Source: an uncultured Ktedonobacterales bacterium (lineage in GTDB: Bacteria > Chloroflexota > Ktedonobacteria > Ktedonobacterales > JADMIN01). Taken from it: a stretch of DNA of 64,000 bases. This document shows positions 53,746 to 63,480 of this stretch, piece by piece. Location: NCBI GenBank assembly GCA_964427535.1, contig CAYRVF010000001.1, positions 2,217-66,216 on the forward strand. Direction: 5' to 3'. The translations under genes were made by a program, and so were the position numbers. The notes under the pieces were generated by a model that saw only the letters and a list, made by a program, of their open reading frames with translations, did not search any database and was not told the origin of the DNA. Positions within the stretch are counted from its first letter, which is position 1; each line of letters opens with the position of its first letter.

Positions 53746-55665
53746 ATGTGCGGAATAGCCGGATTCATCGACGCGCAGCGCAGCAATGAAGACGCCACGC
53801 ACCTGATAGACACGATGTGCCGAGTCATTCGCCACCGCGGCCCAGACGACCAGGGGATCTGGGTCGGCGATGGCGTCGCGCTCGGCATGCGTCGGCTCGC
53901 CATTATTGATCTGGCAAGCGGCCAGCAGCCGATATTCAACGAAGACCAGAGCATCCTGGTCGTGTTCAACGGCGAGATCTATAACTACCTCGACTTGCGC
54001 GAGGAACTCCGGGCGCACGGCCATCACTTTCGGACAGACTCTGACACGGAGGCTATCGTCCACGCGTATGAGGAGTATGGCGATCAGTGCGTGACGCACC
54101 TTCGTGGCATGTTCACCTTCGCTCTCTGGGACAACACGCGCCAGCGCCTGTTGCTGGCGCGTGATCGATTTGGCAAGAAGCCATTGAACTACTATTGGGA
54201 CGGACAGCGACTTATTTTCGGGTCTGAGATCAAGTCCCTTCTCATGGCGGGCATCCCACGCGAGATCAATCCCATCGCGCTCGACGAATATGTCGCCTAC
54301 GGCTACGTGCCCAGCCCCAACACGGTGTTTCGCGACGTCTACAAACTGCCGGCAGCCCACAGCTTGATCTATCAGAACGGGCACATCAGCATCGAGCGCT
54401 ACTGGCAGCTCCCTTTTACCCCGACATGCCAGGATGACGAGCGCACCGCCATCGAGCGCACGCGAGCACTTCTCGAAGATGCTGTGAGAGTCCGCTTGAT
54501 GAGTGAGGTGCCGTTGGGAGCCTTTCTGAGCGGCGGCGTCGATTCGAGCGTCGTCGTCGGGCTCATGAGCCAGATGATGTCGCAGCCGGTCAAGACGTTC
54601 TCCATCGGCTTCGAGGAGCAACACTACAGCGAGTTATCCTATGCCCGGCAGGTGGCGAGACATTTCGGCACTGACCACCGCGAGCTGGTCGTCCAGCCGG
54701 AGTTGGTCTCCGTCCTCCCCGAACTGGCCTGGGCCTATGACGAACCGTTCGGCGACGACTCGATGTTGCCCACCTACTATGTGTCCAAGCTGGCATGCGA
54801 ATCGGTCACGGTGGCGCTCAGTGGCGACGGCGGCGACGAGATCTTCGGGGGGTACTCAAGCTATCAGCGCGAGTGGCTCATCCAGCGCACGCCAGCCTGG
54901 ACACGCTTCCTGGTCGGACATGGGGCGGCATTCATGCCCGATGGCATGCGTGGCAAGAAGCGCCTCAGCGCTTTACATCGCGATCTCGATATGCGCTGCG
55001 TGCAAGCCAACACGCTCCTTCCCGCGGGATCTCGCCGTGCAATCTACCAACCCGAGTTCCTGGCGCAGCTAGGCGATCACGACCCGTATCACCGGCAGCT
55101 GGCCCTCTTCCAGGGCGCGCGCGATCTGGACACCGTGGCACGCATGCAGTATGTGGACGCGCAACACCACCTGACCGACGACATTCTGGTCAAGGTCGAC
55201 AAGGCCAGCATGTTCAACTCGCTAGAGACACGCGCCCCGCTGCTCGACCAACATCTGGTGGAGTATGTCTCGTCACTGCCCACCTCGGTGCGCATGGGCA
55301 ACGGCACGCTCAAGTCCCTCCTCAAGAAGTCCGCCGCCGACCTGCTCCCCGACGAGGTCCTCACGCGCCCGAAACACGGGTTTGATGTGCCACTCGAGCA
55401 CTGGTTCCGCGGCGAGCTGACCGCCTATGCCTATGACATGCTCTGCTCGCCCCTGGCACAACAGCGGGGGATCTTTCGGCCCGAGTTTGTCCGCGAGCTG
55501 CTGCAGGCCCATGCCAGTCGCCGGTGGCTGAACTACGGACGGGCCATCTGGGGTCTCCTCTGCCTCGAGCTCTGGATGCAGGTGTACATGGATCCGCCGC
55601 TCGCGCGCATTGCACGGGGCGCTCAGGCGCCCGCATCACCTGCGCTGGCGATTAACGAAGGATAG
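53746..55665 (+). CDS. Asparagine-synthase-family glutamine amidotransferase (AsnB/WbpS-like), copy 2
   Basis: MCGIAGF and FLSGGVDSSVVV. Collinear with copy 1 along the full length, with identity well above half by eye. The start is set at ATG 53746. Confidence 0.9.
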   Translation: MCGIAGFIDAQRSNEDATHLIDTMCRVIRHRGPDDQGIWVGDGVALGMRRLAIIDLASGQQPIFNEDQSILVVFNGEIYNYLDLREELRAHGHHFRTDSDTEAIVHAYEEYGDQCVTHLRGMFTFALWDNTRQRLLLARDRFGKKPLNYYWDGQRLIFGSEIKSLLMAGIPREINPIALDEYVAYGYVPSPNTVFRDVYKLPAAHSLIYQNGHISIERYWQLPFTPTCQDDERTAIERTRALLEDAVRVRLMSEVPLGAFLSGGVDSSVVVGLMSQMMSQPVKTFSIGFEEQHYSELSYARQVARHFGTDHRELVVQPELVSVLPELAWAYDEPFGDDSMLPTYYVSKLACESVTVALSGDGGDEIFGGYSSYQREWLIQRTPAWTRFLVGHGAAFMPDGMRGKKRLSALHRDLDMRCVQANTLLPAGSRRAIYQPEFLAQLGDHDPYHRQLALFQGARDLDTVARMQYVDAQHHLTDDILVKVDKASMFNSLETRAPLLDQHLVEYVSSLPTSVRMGNGTLKSLLKKSAADLLPDEVLTRPKHGFDVPLEHWFRGELTAYAYDMLCSPLAQQRGIFRPEFVRELLQAHASRRWLNYGRAIWGLLCLELWMQVYMDPPLARIARGAQAPASPALAINEG

Positions 55666-55740
55666 TCGACTCACCATACCGACGAAGAGTACGTCGTGGC
55701 ACGAGTCGCGCGCCTTCTCAACCTAAAGGAGACAGGCACT

Positions 55741-56808
55741 ATGGCTGCGGCATCTGCCAACCCGGTCCGCAGAGAGACTCCGCAGGTAGCGAAGAAGCCG
55801 CTACGGGTGTTGATGGTCACGGGAGCCTACCCGACACCGCAGGTCCCGCATTCGGGCACGTTCATCAAGAGCCAGGTCGATTCGCTTATCGAGGCAGGTG
55901 TTGACGTCGAGGTGATCCACCCCACGCCTGGCCCTGTGCCACTACGCTACATGAGCGCAGCCACACAGGTGTTCTTCAAGACGCTCACCCGTCGTTTCGA
56001 TGTCGTTCACGGCCACTACAGCACCTGGTGCCTGGCCGCCCGTCTGCAATGGACGACGCCTCTGGTGGTCGCGTTTCTCGGCAGCGATGTCTTCAACCCC
56101 CCGCTCGCCGATCACCGCTACAGCAAGAAGGGCACGCTCACCGGAGTTGTGAGTCGCTGGTTGTCTCAGCGGGTTGACGCCGTGATTGTCAAGTCGGAGG
56201 CGATGCGCGAGGCAATCCCGGCCAAGTCCGTCTATGTGATCCCCAACGGCGTCGACCTTGACCTATTTCATCCCGTCCAGCGCTCCAAGGCACGCGCGGC
56301 GCTCGGCTGGAACCCACACGGCTGTTATGTGCTGTTTGGCAATAACCCGAAGATCCCCGTAAAAGACTTTCCTCTGGCGCAGCTCGCGATCGAGCGTCTA
56401 CGGGCCAGAGGCGTGTCTGTGGAGCTGGTCGTCGCCACCGGGCTGCCCCACGCGACGGTCGCGCAGTATATCAACGCCAGCAATGCCCTGCTCCTGACCT
56501 CGAAATCCGAAGGCTCACCTAATATCGTGAAGGAAGTGATGGCCTGCAACGTCCCGGTGGTCGCGACTGACGTCGGCGATGTCGCCCAGGTCATCGGGCA
56601 CACGGCAGGCTGCTACGTCTGCCCCTCCGACCCTGACGCATTGGCGACCGGCCTCCAGAAGGCGCTCGAATACCCAACGCCAACCACTGGTCGCGCTGAT
56701 ATCGCCCATCTGGCGAACTCGCTCGTCGCGGAGCAGGTCATAGCGGTGTACGAACACGTGATCGACGAGTGGCGGAAAGTGGGGAGAGCACATGCGCGCA
56801 CAGCCTAG
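55741..56808 (+). CDS. GT4-family glycosyltransferase
   Basis: AAGGAGA lies 8 nt upstream of ATG 55741. SEGSPNIVKEVMACNVPVVATDVGDVAQVI. Confidence 0.8.
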   Translation: MAAASANPVRRETPQVAKKPLRVLMVTGAYPTPQVPHSGTFIKSQVDSLIEAGVDVEVIHPTPGPVPLRYMSAATQVFFKTLTRRFDVVHGHYSTWCLAARLQWTTPLVVAFLGSDVFNPPLADHRYSKKGTLTGVVSRWLSQRVDAVIVKSEAMREAIPAKSVYVIPNGVDLDLFHPVQRSKARAALGWNPHGCYVLFGNNPKIPVKDFPLAQLAIERLRARGVSVELVVATGLPHATVAQYINASNALLLTSKSEGSPNIVKEVMACNVPVVATDVGDVAQVIGHTAGCYVCPSDPDALATGLQKALEYPTPTTGRADIAHLANSLVAEQVIAVYEHVIDEWRKVGRAHARTA

Positions 56809-58153
56809 ACGGGGAAGAACCAAGACCCACGCCCCCAAAGTTCTGATGCTGGTTGAGAATCGCCCGGCGCCCGACGATGCGCGTGTCTGGCCCGAAGCCC
56901 TGGCGTTACGTGATCGCGGGTTTCAGGTTAGTGTTATCTCGCCCAAAGGCGCAGAAGCGTATCGTGAGACACATAGCTGCATAGACGGCATTCACATCTA
57001 CCGCTACGACTTGCCGACCGGCGACAGCGCCACGGCGTACATCGCCGAGTACGCCATCGCGCTGGTCAAGACATTCGGGCTCAGCCTGTGGGTGTGGCTT
57101 CGCCGCGGCTTCGACGTCGTTCATACTGCCAATCCGCCAGATATCTTCTTCACCGTCGGCTGGTTTTACCGCCTGTTCGGCAAGCGGTTCGTGTTCGATC
57201 AGCACGATCTGTCTCCTGAGCTGTTCGAGGTGCTCTTCATCGAGGGTCGCGTTCCTCGCAAGAGTGCCGAACTCCTCCACAAGCTGCTACTGTGCTGTGA
57301 ATGGTGTAGCTATCGAGCGGCAAATCTGGTCATCGTGACAAACCAGTCGATCGGGCGCATCGCGGCCCGACGTGGAGGATGCTCGGCACAGAAGGTGGCC
57401 GTGGTACGAAACGGGCCTGACCTTCGGCACATGCAGCCGGTCGCCCCCGATCCCCAGCTGAAGATGGGACGCCGCCATCTGCTTGCCTATCTTGGAGTGA
57501 TGGGTGCGCAGGATGGCGTCGCCTACGCGGTCCATGCGCTTGAGAGCCTCGTTCATCGGCGTGGCCGTCGCGATGTCGCCATGGTATTGATGGGCGATGG
57601 GGCCCAGGCTCCCGCGCTGCGTGCGCTTGTTCACGAGCTGGCACTGGAGGAGTACGTTCGTTTCACGGGCTGGCTGCCGCATGACGACATCGTCCGGTAC
57701 CTCAGTGTGTCGGATATTGGCCTGTCGCCCGACCCGCATAACGTGTTGAACGACGCCAGTACCATGATTAAGACGATGGAGTACATGGCGTTGGGCAAGC
57801 CCCTCGTCGCCTTCGATCTCACCGAGACACGCGTTACCGCCCAGGAAGCCGGGCTCTACGCAACGCCGAACCTTGCGGAAGACTTCGCGAACAAAATCGA
57901 GGCGTTACTGGACGACGAAGCACTCCGCCTGAGGATGGGGGCGCTGGGACGCAAGCGCATCGAGGACGTGCTGAGCTGGGACCATTCGACGGAGCACCTT
58001 CTGTGCGCCTATGAGCGGCTATTGGGCAGAGATATGAGTACCGGTCATGTCGCGTCCGAGGCGACGAGAACCAGGATGAGCCCTCAGAACAGAGCGGTAG
58101 GGCACGTCGGCCAGAGGCAGCCCCATGAGGTACACACTGGCCACCCGGCATAG
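56792..58153 (+). CDS. GT4-family glycosyltransferase (WbuB-like)
   Basis: VLMLVENRPAPDDARVWPEALALRDRGFQVSVISPK, TMIKTMEYMALGKPLVAFDL. Overlaps the upstream GT stop by 17 nt. Confidence 0.85.
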   Translation: MRAQPRRGRTKTHAPKVLMLVENRPAPDDARVWPEALALRDRGFQVSVISPKGAEAYRETHSCIDGIHIYRYDLPTGDSATAYIAEYAIALVKTFGLSLWVWLRRGFDVVHTANPPDIFFTVGWFYRLFGKRFVFDQHDLSPELFEVLFIEGRVPRKSAELLHKLLLCCEWCSYRAANLVIVTNQSIGRIAARRGGCSAQKVAVVRNGPDLRHMQPVAPDPQLKMGRRHLLAYLGVMGAQDGVAYAVHALESLVHRRGRRDVAMVLMGDGAQAPALRALVHELALEEYVRFTGWLPHDDIVRYLSVSDIGLSPDPHNVLNDASTMIKTMEYMALGKPLVAFDLTETRVTAQEAGLYATPNLAEDFANKIEALLDDEALRLRMGALGRKRIEDVLSWDHSTEHLLCAYERLLGRDMSTGHVASEATRTRMSPQNRAVGHVGQRQPHEVHTGHPA

Positions 58154-58433
58154 TCCGTTGCCCACCTGCCTACTTCTGGGCAGATATCCTTTACGCTCGT
58201 GAGACGGTTCCCCCATGTAGGGCACATCGGCAGCCCAATACGCTGAAGCAACGCGGCAACCTCCTCCTGTCTGGAGGATCGACCGGCAGACGCTGAGGAG
58301 CGCGAGCAGCATGCCCCATTGCGGGCAACCTGAGAAGGCCCGGTGAGGAGTATCAGGGTCGTCATAGTGCCCCGTTGGGTCACTTCCACCTCTAGCTGTG
58401 CCAGTGGGCGCGCGTGGATGAGAGGACAGGGAG

Positions 58434-60119
58434 ATGCCTTCACCTGCACAGAATAAGTTCCCAGCGTTACGACAGTACTCCGCGATTACCGTGCGATGGC
58501 TGTGGTTCCTGGGCCTCTCCGTGGTGATCGCGGCGGTCGGCGCATACGTTGTGAGCAAGGAAACTCGCCCCGTCTACCGCGCGACCACACTGCTTATCGT
58601 AGACCAACAAGCCCCTGGACAGGATACCTACACCGGCCTGCTTGCCAGTACGCAGCTCATCGCGACATACAAAGTGCTGCTTACTGAGCCGCTGGTGCTG
58701 CAGAAGGCGGCGGACCAAGTTGGCGGCATCTCCGAAGGGCAACTGCAGTCGCATGTCCAGGTCACGGACCAAGCGGGGACGCAGCTCATTAACCTGCAGG
58801 TGGACGACACCGATCCTGTTCGTGCTGCGCGTTTAGCCAATGCGATTGCGGGTGCTTTCGAGCAGGTACAACAGCAAGCCGCGACGGCGAATTATGTCAG
58901 CGCTCAGCAGGTATTCAGTCAGCAGATTTCCCAGACGTCGGCGCAGATCACGTCCCTGACCGACCAGATCAATGCGCTCCAGGCGAAGGATCCCTTTAAC
59001 CAGCAGATCCCCGCACTGCAGCAGCAGCTGAATAGTGCCCAGAAGAACTTCGAAGCCCTGCAAACGCTGTATGCCCAACTTCCCGCACAACAAGCCTCCG
59101 TAGCCACCAGCACCCACATATTCCAACCGGCCACTCCGCCGACCTCGCCAGATCATCCCAGACCCTTGCGATATGCGCTGGTTGCTGGCGCGCTCGGCCT
59201 CGTGCTGGCAGGCTGTCTGGTGTTTCTGATTGAGCTCTTCGGCAACCGCCTCCACACATCAGAACAGATCGAGGAGTTGATGGGGGTGCCCGTGCTCGCG
59301 GCAATTCGCGCGCAGAAAGGCGCGAATATGCTCCTCTCGGCTCCCGAGGCCTCGCGAAACATGCGCTTGGCGGCAAGTTTTCGTGCCCTGGAATCCAATC
59401 TCAGCTTTATAGAGCTCGAAAGACCGCTCCACACGGTTGTTGTCACGGGCGCGGCGCCCGGTGAAGGCAAAACCATGACGGCGGTCAACCTCGCTATATC
59501 ACTGGCTCAGAGCGGTAAGCGAGTGCTTCTCGTCGACGCGGATATGCGCAATCCGCAGATCCACAATCTGCTCGGCATCCCAAATTCAAACGGGTTGTCG
59601 CAGTGGCTCGCGCACAGAAGCGCCCCTACGTTCGTATCCGTATTTCCAGATCTGCCCAACCTCTACGTCATGCCGGCTGGTCCCTGCCCGCCAAATCCAT
59701 CGCAGTTGTTAGGCACCGAGCAGATGCAGCAAATGTTCAAGTGGTCGATCGGTGATCCACCCGGCAGCGGCAATGTGGATATGGTGATCGTGGACACCCC
59801 ACCTCTGGGCACATGTGTCGATGCGGCTCTGGTGGCGGGGGTCGCCGATGGGACACTGCTCGTCGTCGACGGGTCACGACTGCGCGCGGGCCCCATCTTG
59901 CGCGTGAGGGATACGCTTCTGCGCGCCAACGCGACGATAATCGGCATCGTTCTCAACCGCGCGGAGCGCCGCCAGGCCGTGCAGCAGGAGAACTACGCGT
60001 ACTCCCAGTATCACACCTTGCGTACTCGTACCTCCGAAACGGCAGATGCACACGTGCCTGTTGGCATGGGACAGGCCGGTGCTGAAGGGAGCCCGACAGC
60101 GAAACCACCTGCGGGATGA
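58434..60119 (+). CDS. Polysaccharide co-polymerase (Wzz) fused to BY-kinase (tyrosine autokinase)
   Basis: An N-terminal TM helix plus Wzz/coiled-coil region and a second TM helix. Walker A GAAPGEGKTMTAVNLA, A' VLLVDADMRNP, B VIVDTPP. Tyr-containing tail ENYAYSQYH. Confidence 0.85.
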   Translation: MPSPAQNKFPALRQYSAITVRWLWFLGLSVVIAAVGAYVVSKETRPVYRATTLLIVDQQAPGQDTYTGLLASTQLIATYKVLLTEPLVLQKAADQVGGISEGQLQSHVQVTDQAGTQLINLQVDDTDPVRAARLANAIAGAFEQVQQQAATANYVSAQQVFSQQISQTSAQITSLTDQINALQAKDPFNQQIPALQQQLNSAQKNFEALQTLYAQLPAQQASVATSTHIFQPATPPTSPDHPRPLRYALVAGALGLVLAGCLVFLIELFGNRLHTSEQIEELMGVPVLAAIRAQKGANMLLSAPEASRNMRLAASFRALESNLSFIELERPLHTVVVTGAAPGEGKTMTAVNLAISLAQSGKRVLLVDADMRNPQIHNLLGIPNSNGLSQWLAHRSAPTFVSVFPDLPNLYVMPAGPCPPNPSQLLGTEQMQQMFKWSIGDPPGSGNVDMVIVDTPPLGTCVDAALVAGVADGTLLVVDGSRLRAGPILRVRDTLLRANATIIGIVLNRAERRQAVQQENYAYSQYHTLRTRTSETADAHVPVGMGQAGAEGSPTAKPPAG

Positions 60120-60555
60120 GGAACAGGCACGTTGCACGTGAGGATAGGCGCGCTCGTCCCGAGGTCGGTCGTCTACGCGTGGGTCCCTCAGGTCCACATC
60201 AAGAGAGGTGTGGTTCGCGCTCCTGGAGCGCGCGTCATCACGACGCCTAGAGGCCGAGCTGCGTGCAGGGGGGCCGCGGGGCGCGGCTGAGATGGTGATT
60301 CTGAGCTTGCCTCTGGCGCGGCCTTCCGCTCCGTCCTGCTTCCTCCTCGGAGTGGATCGCCTCAGCAGCCTCACGCGAGAGGACGAGCATCGCTCGATGA
60401 GCCGGACGACTGTGCCGGCCTCGAGCCGTTCACGGTTTCTGGTGACAGCGCTCTATGTCCGCGCATCGGCCTGCCGATGGCCTGCCCGATGCTGCGTCGG
60501 TTCGACGTGCTGAAGGTGCGTCGTGATCAGGCTCTGTGCACGGTCAGCGTCGACC

Positions 60556-61689
60556 TCAGGAGGTGGCATCGAACAGATGCACGGCCGTGGCGATGCGCTC
60601 GATCTGCTCATCGGTCAACTCAGCGTACATCGGCAGCGAGAGGCACTCGCTGGCCCACCGCTCCGCCTCCGGGAAGCCACCCGGTGCATACCTCAGCCAC
60701 GCGTACGCCGGCTGCAAGTGGATCGGCACCGGATAGTGGATGCCGGTAGCGATACCATACTCCGTCAGAAACGCCCGCAGGCGATCGCGCTCAGGATGGC
60801 GCACCACGTAGAGGTGGAAGACGTCATAGACCCCGTCCCCGCCAACGACAGGCAGCATCAGCGAGGTGTCTGCCAGCCTATCGCTCAGATGGAGGACATG
60901 CGCCCGGCGCTCTTCGTTCCAACGCTCCAGATGCCGCAGCTTGACGCGCAGGATAGCTGCCTGGATCTCGTCCATGCGTGCATTGCGGCCGATCGCCTCA
61001 TGATGATAGCGACCCTGGGAGCCATGGTCGCGCAAGCGGCGCACGTGCTGTGCCAGCGTAGGATTATTGGTCGTCACCGCGCCGGCCTCACCATACGCAC
61101 CGAGATTCTTGGAATAATAGAAGCTAAAGCAGGCGATATCGCCAAGCGCACCAGCCCGGCGGCTGCCTAGCTGCGCACCGTGCGCCTGGCAGGCGTCTTC
61201 GATAACGGTGAGGCCATGCGTGCGGGCAATCGTGATGATGGGTTCCATCTCGGCGGGGCGCCCATAGAGGTGTACCGGGATGATCGCCCGAGTGCGCGAT
61301 GTGATGGTGGCCTCGAGCTGTCTGAGGTCCAGGCCAGCGGTGCGGGTGTCCACGTCCACGAAGACGGGGCGCGCACCGACGGCACTGATGGCTTCCGCTG
61401 TAGCGATGAACGTATTGGGCTGGGTGATCACCTCGTCGCCTGATCCGACGCCAACCGCGCGCAGCGCCAGCTCGAGCGCGTCGGTACCGTTGCTCACGCC
61501 GATGGCCTCGCGAGAGCCACAAAAGCGTGCGAACTCCTCTTCGAACGCGCGCTGCTGCGGCCCCTGAAAGAGGTGCATGGAGTCCAGCACGCCTGCGATT
61601 GCCGTCAGAATCTCATCTTTGAGTGGCGCATATTGCGCCCGTAAGTCGACCAGTGGAATCTCAGGGGACGTGGAGATGAGCGTCGTCAT
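60556..61689 (-). CDS. DegT/DnrJ/EryC1/StrS-family sugar aminotransferase (WbpE-like)
   Basis: DEVITQPNTFIATAEAI, and FSFYYSKNLGAYGEAGAV (PLP lysine). GGGGGAG RBS. Confidence 0.9.
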   Translation of the reverse strand: MTTLISTSPEIPLVDLRAQYAPLKDEILTAIAGVLDSMHLFQGPQQRAFEEEFARFCGSREAIGVSNGTDALELALRAVGVGSGDEVITQPNTFIATAEAISAVGARPVFVDVDTRTAGLDLRQLEATITSRTRAIIPVHLYGRPAEMEPIITIARTHGLTVIEDACQAHGAQLGSRRAGALGDIACFSFYYSKNLGAYGEAGAVTTNNPTLAQHVRRLRDHGSQGRYHHEAIGRNARMDEIQAAILRVKLRHLERWNEERRAHVLHLSDRLADTSLMLPVVGGDGVYDVFHLYVVRHPERDRLRAFLTEYGIATGIHYPVPIHLQPAYAWLRYAPGGFPEAERWASECLSLPMYAELTDEQIERIATAVHLFDATS

Positions 61690-61816
61690 GGATGACTCCC
61701 CCGACCCTCTCTAGTCTGAATAGGGATAGGGCCGCCTGCCAGGCCCTGTCCGCTGGTGACACGGTCACTGTCTCCTGCGGCCGAGTGGGCCGTGGCGCGC
61801 GGCATCCCAGGTTTTT

Positions 61817-62767
61817 TTAACCTGCGCCGCTACAGCGCAGCACCGCGGGGATTGTGCGCAGCAGGAGCGAGATATCGCGCCACAGCGACCCGTGGACCGC
61901 GTAATCGAGATCCATCTCGACCATCCCGTCGAAGCTCACCCGGCCGCGCCCATCGACTTGCCACTGCCCGGTAATCCCCGGCGGCACGCGCAGCCTCGCC
62001 AGAGCGCGCTCGCTGTAGCGCTCGACCTCATCGGCCATCGGCGGCCGAGGCCCTACGAGACTCATCTCACCCTGCACGACGTTGATCAGCTGCGGCAATT
62101 CGTCGATGCTCAGCTTGCGGAGGATGCGGCCGACCCGAGTGATGCGCGGGTCGGCCTGGTGTTTGAATGGCGAGCCCACAACAAACGGTTTCTCGCGTTG
62201 CCTGCGTCGCCAGCGCGGGTGCGAGGACAGCGCAGGCTCGCCCATCAACGGATGACTGCTCGTCTCTGCCCGGCTCGACGCGACATCTGCGCCACTCGGT
62301 ACGAGAGAAGCCGCAGACGAGACGACAACAACGTCCAGGGGGACACCATTCATCCACTTGGCCACAATCTCCAGGTGGGCGGCGTGTGCCTGCTCGGGCG
62401 GCGCCTGGCGCATCGTCCGGAATTTGTAGACGACAAACGGGCGACCATCCTTGCCGATACGGACCTGCCGATAGAGTGCCGGCCCTGGGGAGTCCAGGCG
62501 GATCAGCACCGTGATGAGCGGGTACAGGGGGAACGTCAGCAGCAAGGCCGGTATGGCGAGCGCGAGGTCCAACGAGCGCTTCAGCACGTAGCTGCGTCTC
62601 GCGGGCAGGATGCCTGTTGCCGCATGCGTTCTGTAAGTCTCGAGCAACCGGAGCTGAGGTCCCTGAGCATCTATGGTCCGGAGAAGCTCGACCGTGGCAC
62701 GCTGGCCGCGAGCCGCTCGCCCGTCGTGCCGTCCTAGCTGCATGTGTGGCTGAGTGAGTGCTCTCAT
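61817..62767 (-). CDS. Small (monotopic, PglC/EpsL-type) polyprenyl-phosphate sugar phosphotransferase with an enlarged internal loop
   Basis: [63 protein letters not shown]. There are 86 residues between FRTM and DPRIT. Confidence 0.85.
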   Translation of the reverse strand: MRALTQPHMQLGRHDGRAARGQRATVELLRTIDAQGPQLRLLETYRTHAATGILPARRSYVLKRSLDLALAIPALLLTFPLYPLITVLIRLDSPGPALYRQVRIGKDGRPFVVYKFRTMRQAPPEQAHAAHLEIVAKWMNGVPLDVVVVSSAASLVPSGADVASSRAETSSHPLMGEPALSSHPRWRRRQREKPFVVGSPFKHQADPRITRVGRILRKLSIDELPQLINVVQGEMSLVGPRPPMADEVERYSERALARLRVPPGITGQWQVDGRGRVSFDGMVEMDLDYAVHGSLWRDISLLLRTIPAVLRCSGAG

Positions 62768-63480
62768 GAATCTCCCTCTCTCTGCCGTTGCGTGACGATG
62801 CTGGATGCGTGGACACGTTCAAGCAGGTATAGGATGACCATATGTCTGAGCGTGCGGCTGGATAGAATCGCCGATCAGAGCGAGGCCTACACATCAGGTG
62901 CGTTCCCAGCCGGCTCGCGGGCGGCGCTCACGTGGATAGGGAGTGTGCTTCCCGTGCTCGTCACGACTGTACGCGCTCATGGGGTACTCCCACATGAGCA
63001 ACGTCCCTGTGTGCGGTAAAGGACATGCGCCCAACGAGGCGCTGCAGCCGGATGTGTTGCTGCTGCTGCACACCGCACGCACCCGCTAACAGCAGTTGGC
63101 GGGTGCGAGATGACAGATGCGACAGGGAGGTCACCACACTAGCGGCGAACTCCGCCCACCGACTCCTCGTGGCCCGCAGAGACGGCCACGAGGTGGTCTG
63201 CTGCACGTCCAGATCCTCTGCACCACACCCGCAGCGGACTCGAGGCGACTGGCCACACGCCACGAGCTAAACAGCCAGCCTGCCGACGCGCGTGTAGACG
63301 CGTGTCCCGCCTGCATACGGGCGCACTGCTCATTCATCCTGCGCAGGCGCGGTACCTATACTTCTTCGTACCGATGTGCCCGCCCTCTTGCTGGCCTATC
63401 GTGATGCGCCCGAGGCATGGCAGCGCAGGGCGCCCTCACCCGCAAGCGCCCCAGCCGCAGATCTGGAATCGAGGTGATCA

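Noticed and set aside
58096-58232. Direct repeat GTAGGGCAC(G/A)TCGGC at about 58096 and about 58216, one copy in the 3' end of the GT4 gene and one in the intergenic region
   Set aside because: Only ~15 nt with a mismatch, and no associated structure or ORF. Possibly a chance match or a small duplication; not enough for a finding.
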